Shown: positions 62,142 to 64,000 of the stretch, one piece after another
Layout of the letters: the number at the start of each line of letters is the position of its first letter
Numbering within the stretch: position 1 is the stretch's first letter
From: an uncultured cyanobacterium
Lineage (GTDB): Bacteria; Cyanobacteriota; Cyanobacteriia; PCC-6307; Cyanobiaceae
Direction of reading: 5' to 3'
Assembly (NCBI GenBank): GCA_963765575.1
Contig: CAVXWZ010000002.1
Coordinates: forward strand, 160,001-224,000
DNA: 64,000 nucleotides
The notes under the pieces: generated by a model
The model's input: only the letters and a program-made list of their open reading frames with translations
Databases searched by the model: none
Told to the model about the DNA's origin: nothing
Program-made: the position numbers and the translations under genes

Positions 62142-62539
62142 TCCCGTTCCAACAGAGGCAGTGGCGTGGCAGGGGAGCGGTGATCACCAGCTTCGGCCGG
62201 GCCGCCCGGAGCGTAAGCCCGGCCCAGCCCAGGAGGCGATCGCAGCCAGCCCATCAGGGTCCGGCGATTCGTGGTCCCACCGCCCGATGTCCCGGGCAGA
62301 GGCATCCCGCCACGGATGCCGGACGATTGTGAGAGCCTGGCCCTGGCGCGATGACGACGCGCTGGCCGGCAGGCCCCGGGCGACCAGATCCATCACCTGA
62401 GCTCGTTGATGCTGCGTCACTGCCATCCGTGCACCGCTCTCGCTCCGGCCCAGGCAACCACCGTGCCCAGCCTGGAGTTGCGTCGCCTTGCCCCGTTCGC
62501 GGTGGACTGGCCGTTCCTGAGGCGCTGAGGATCTCCCCC

Positions 62540-63442
62540 ATGGGGCATCTCGACCTGCTGATCGCCGCTCCCGCCGATCCCAGCGGCCTCACGGGCTGGG
62601 GGGATGGCCACTTCGCCCGGGGCCTGCAGCTGGGCTTGCGGGCCCTGGGGGTGCGCTCGCGCCTGCTCTACCGCGACACCCACCTGAACAGCCCGCCCCC
62701 GCCCCCTGACAGCGGCCTGCTGGTGCTGCGTGGCAAATACGCGGTGCCGACGGCGTGGCTGGCGCGGCAACCCCACACCAGGAAGGCCCTGTGGCTGATC
62801 AGCTGGCCCCTCGATCCCACCCCCGGCGAACTGGGCGCCTACGACCAGATCTTCGTGGCCAGCGCCCAGGACAGGCCGCGGATCGCCCGACTCGGGGGCC
62901 GGCCCACCACCACGCTGCTGCAGGCCAGCGGCTTCCGCCTCTACGGGCCCCCCGAGGCGGCCACGGGAGGGCTGCTGTTCGTGGGCAACAGCCGCGGCGA
63001 GGGCCGGCCGATCGAGGCGGCCTTCCACCGGGCAGGTCTTGCCGTGGAGCTGATCGGTTCCGGCTGGCGGAGCCTGGGACGCGACGTCGAAGCCAGCAGC
63101 ATCGACAACGGCCAGCTGGCCGGCCGCTACCGCCGCTCCCTGGCGGTGCTGAATGACCACCACCAGGCCATGGCCGACTACGGCTACCTCAACAACCGCG
63201 TCTTCGACGTCCTCGCCTGTGGGGTGCCGGTGATCACCGATGCGGCCCCGGGCTGTCCCCCGGAGCTGGAGCCCGCCGTGGTGCTCCACGCGGCCGGCAG
63301 CGATCCACGGGCAAGCCTGGAGCGGGCCGCAGCGCTGCGGGCCCAACCCCAACGGCTGGCCCGGGTCGCCCGGACCGTGCGCCTGGAGCACAGCTTCGAG
63401 GCCCGCGCCCGCCAGCTGCTGGCCCAGATGGCTGGGGCCTGA
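62540..63442 (+). CDS. GT-B glycosyltransferase (CgeB/YkvP, Glyco_trans_1_2-like)
   Basis: WGDGHFA, LFVGNSR, LNDHHQAM..GYLNNRVFDVLACG.PVITD, HSFEARA; start 62540 preferred to 62351. Confidence 0.82.
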   Translation: MGHLDLLIAAPADPSGLTGWGDGHFARGLQLGLRALGVRSRLLYRDTHLNSPPPPPDSGLLVLRGKYAVPTAWLARQPHTRKALWLISWPLDPTPGELGAYDQIFVASAQDRPRIARLGGRPTTTLLQASGFRLYGPPEAATGGLLFVGNSRGEGRPIEAAFHRAGLAVELIGSGWRSLGRDVEASSIDNGQLAGRYRRSLAVLNDHHQAMADYGYLNNRVFDVLACGVPVITDAAPGCPPELEPAVVLHAAGSDPRASLERAAALRAQPQRLARVARTVRLEHSFEARARQLLAQMAGA

Positions 63443-63452
63443 GCCAGGCTGA

Positions 63453-64000
63453 TCAGGCGCCGGGCTGCTGACGCTTGCCCTTGGCCACCACCTTCGTCTG
63501 GCGCTGGTCCGGCGGCGGTGGGGCACTCAAGGGGGGAATGCCCGCTTTCTCAAACAGCTGCTCGAGTTCGTCGAGGTAGGCGGAGAACGCCTCCAGCTGC
63601 AGGGCTTCCTGCTTGAGGTCCTTGGGCAGCTCAGCCCAGGGATCCTGGCGACCGGCCTTGATCCGGCGCCGGCGGCGCTGCTCCACGGCCTTCTTGAGCA
63701 GCTCCTGGTAGGCCATGTGCTGGGGATCCTCCAGCAGGGCCCTGGTGAGCTTCTTGATCGCCGGCACCGGCTGCTCCTCAGCCAGATGGGCCTTGACCTC
63801 GGCGGTCGTGCGCCGGCGCAGCTCCTTCCACTGGGCCAGGCTGCGCTTCTCGCCGGCACCGGGCAGCAGCAAGGAGCGGGGCGAGGGGCGCCTGGTCTTC
63901 GCCTTGGGGCCGCTGGGGGATGGACGGCGACCGCTCAGGCGCTGAACCAGCGATCGCAACCGGGCCCAGAAGCTGGGCCGCTGGCGACCGGACTGCCGGG
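63453..64000 (-). CDS. Hypothetical protein, 5' end beyond the window
   Basis: Frame is open to the window edge; helical/TPR-like AIKKLTRALLEDPQH. Confidence 0.65.
   Translation of the reverse strand, partial: RQSGRQRPSFWARLRSLVQRLSGRRPSPSGPKAKTRRPSPRSLLLPGAGEKRSLAQWKELRRRTTAEVKAHLAEEQPVPAIKKLTRALLEDPQHMAYQELLKKAVEQRRRRRIKAGRQDPWAELPKDLKQEALQLEAFSAYLDELEQLFEKAGIPPLSAPPPPDQRQTKVVAKGKRQQPGA

Overview
High-GC picocyanobacterial chromosome segment (Cyanobium/Synechococcus-like, inferred from the apc/atp genes). 1-23.2 kb is conserved housekeeping DNA: ald, rlmH, a DUF3326-ferredoxin block, the ATP synthase operon (atpI-a-c-b'-b-delta-alpha-gamma, with a structured ATPC-type RNA), apcE-apcABC, ftsW, ccdA, ccs1, queF, glnB with an NtcA box, tlyA and purB. 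From 23.2 kb to the window end is a capsule/surface-polysaccharide island. The best candidate for a new system is at 24.7-31.4 kb: an OlsB-like N-acyltransferase, a dedicated ACP and a FabF face a KpsS fused to a PlsC-type acyltransferase plus KpsC. This suggests (inference) a dedicated, possibly phosphorus-free aminolipid anchor for the capsule. Next to it is an operon with neuA, three DUF6716-type glycosyltransferases and a four-domain neuB (nonulosonate, possibly Kdn), then sulfotransferases, a CDP-C-methyl-deoxysugar cassette and many glycosyltransferases. About ten mostly +1 frameshifts between 35 and 55 kb are probably sequencing/assembly errors. No tRNA, rRNA, CRISPR array, integrase or transposase was recognised. 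Family assignments come from motif recognition by eye, not from database searches.
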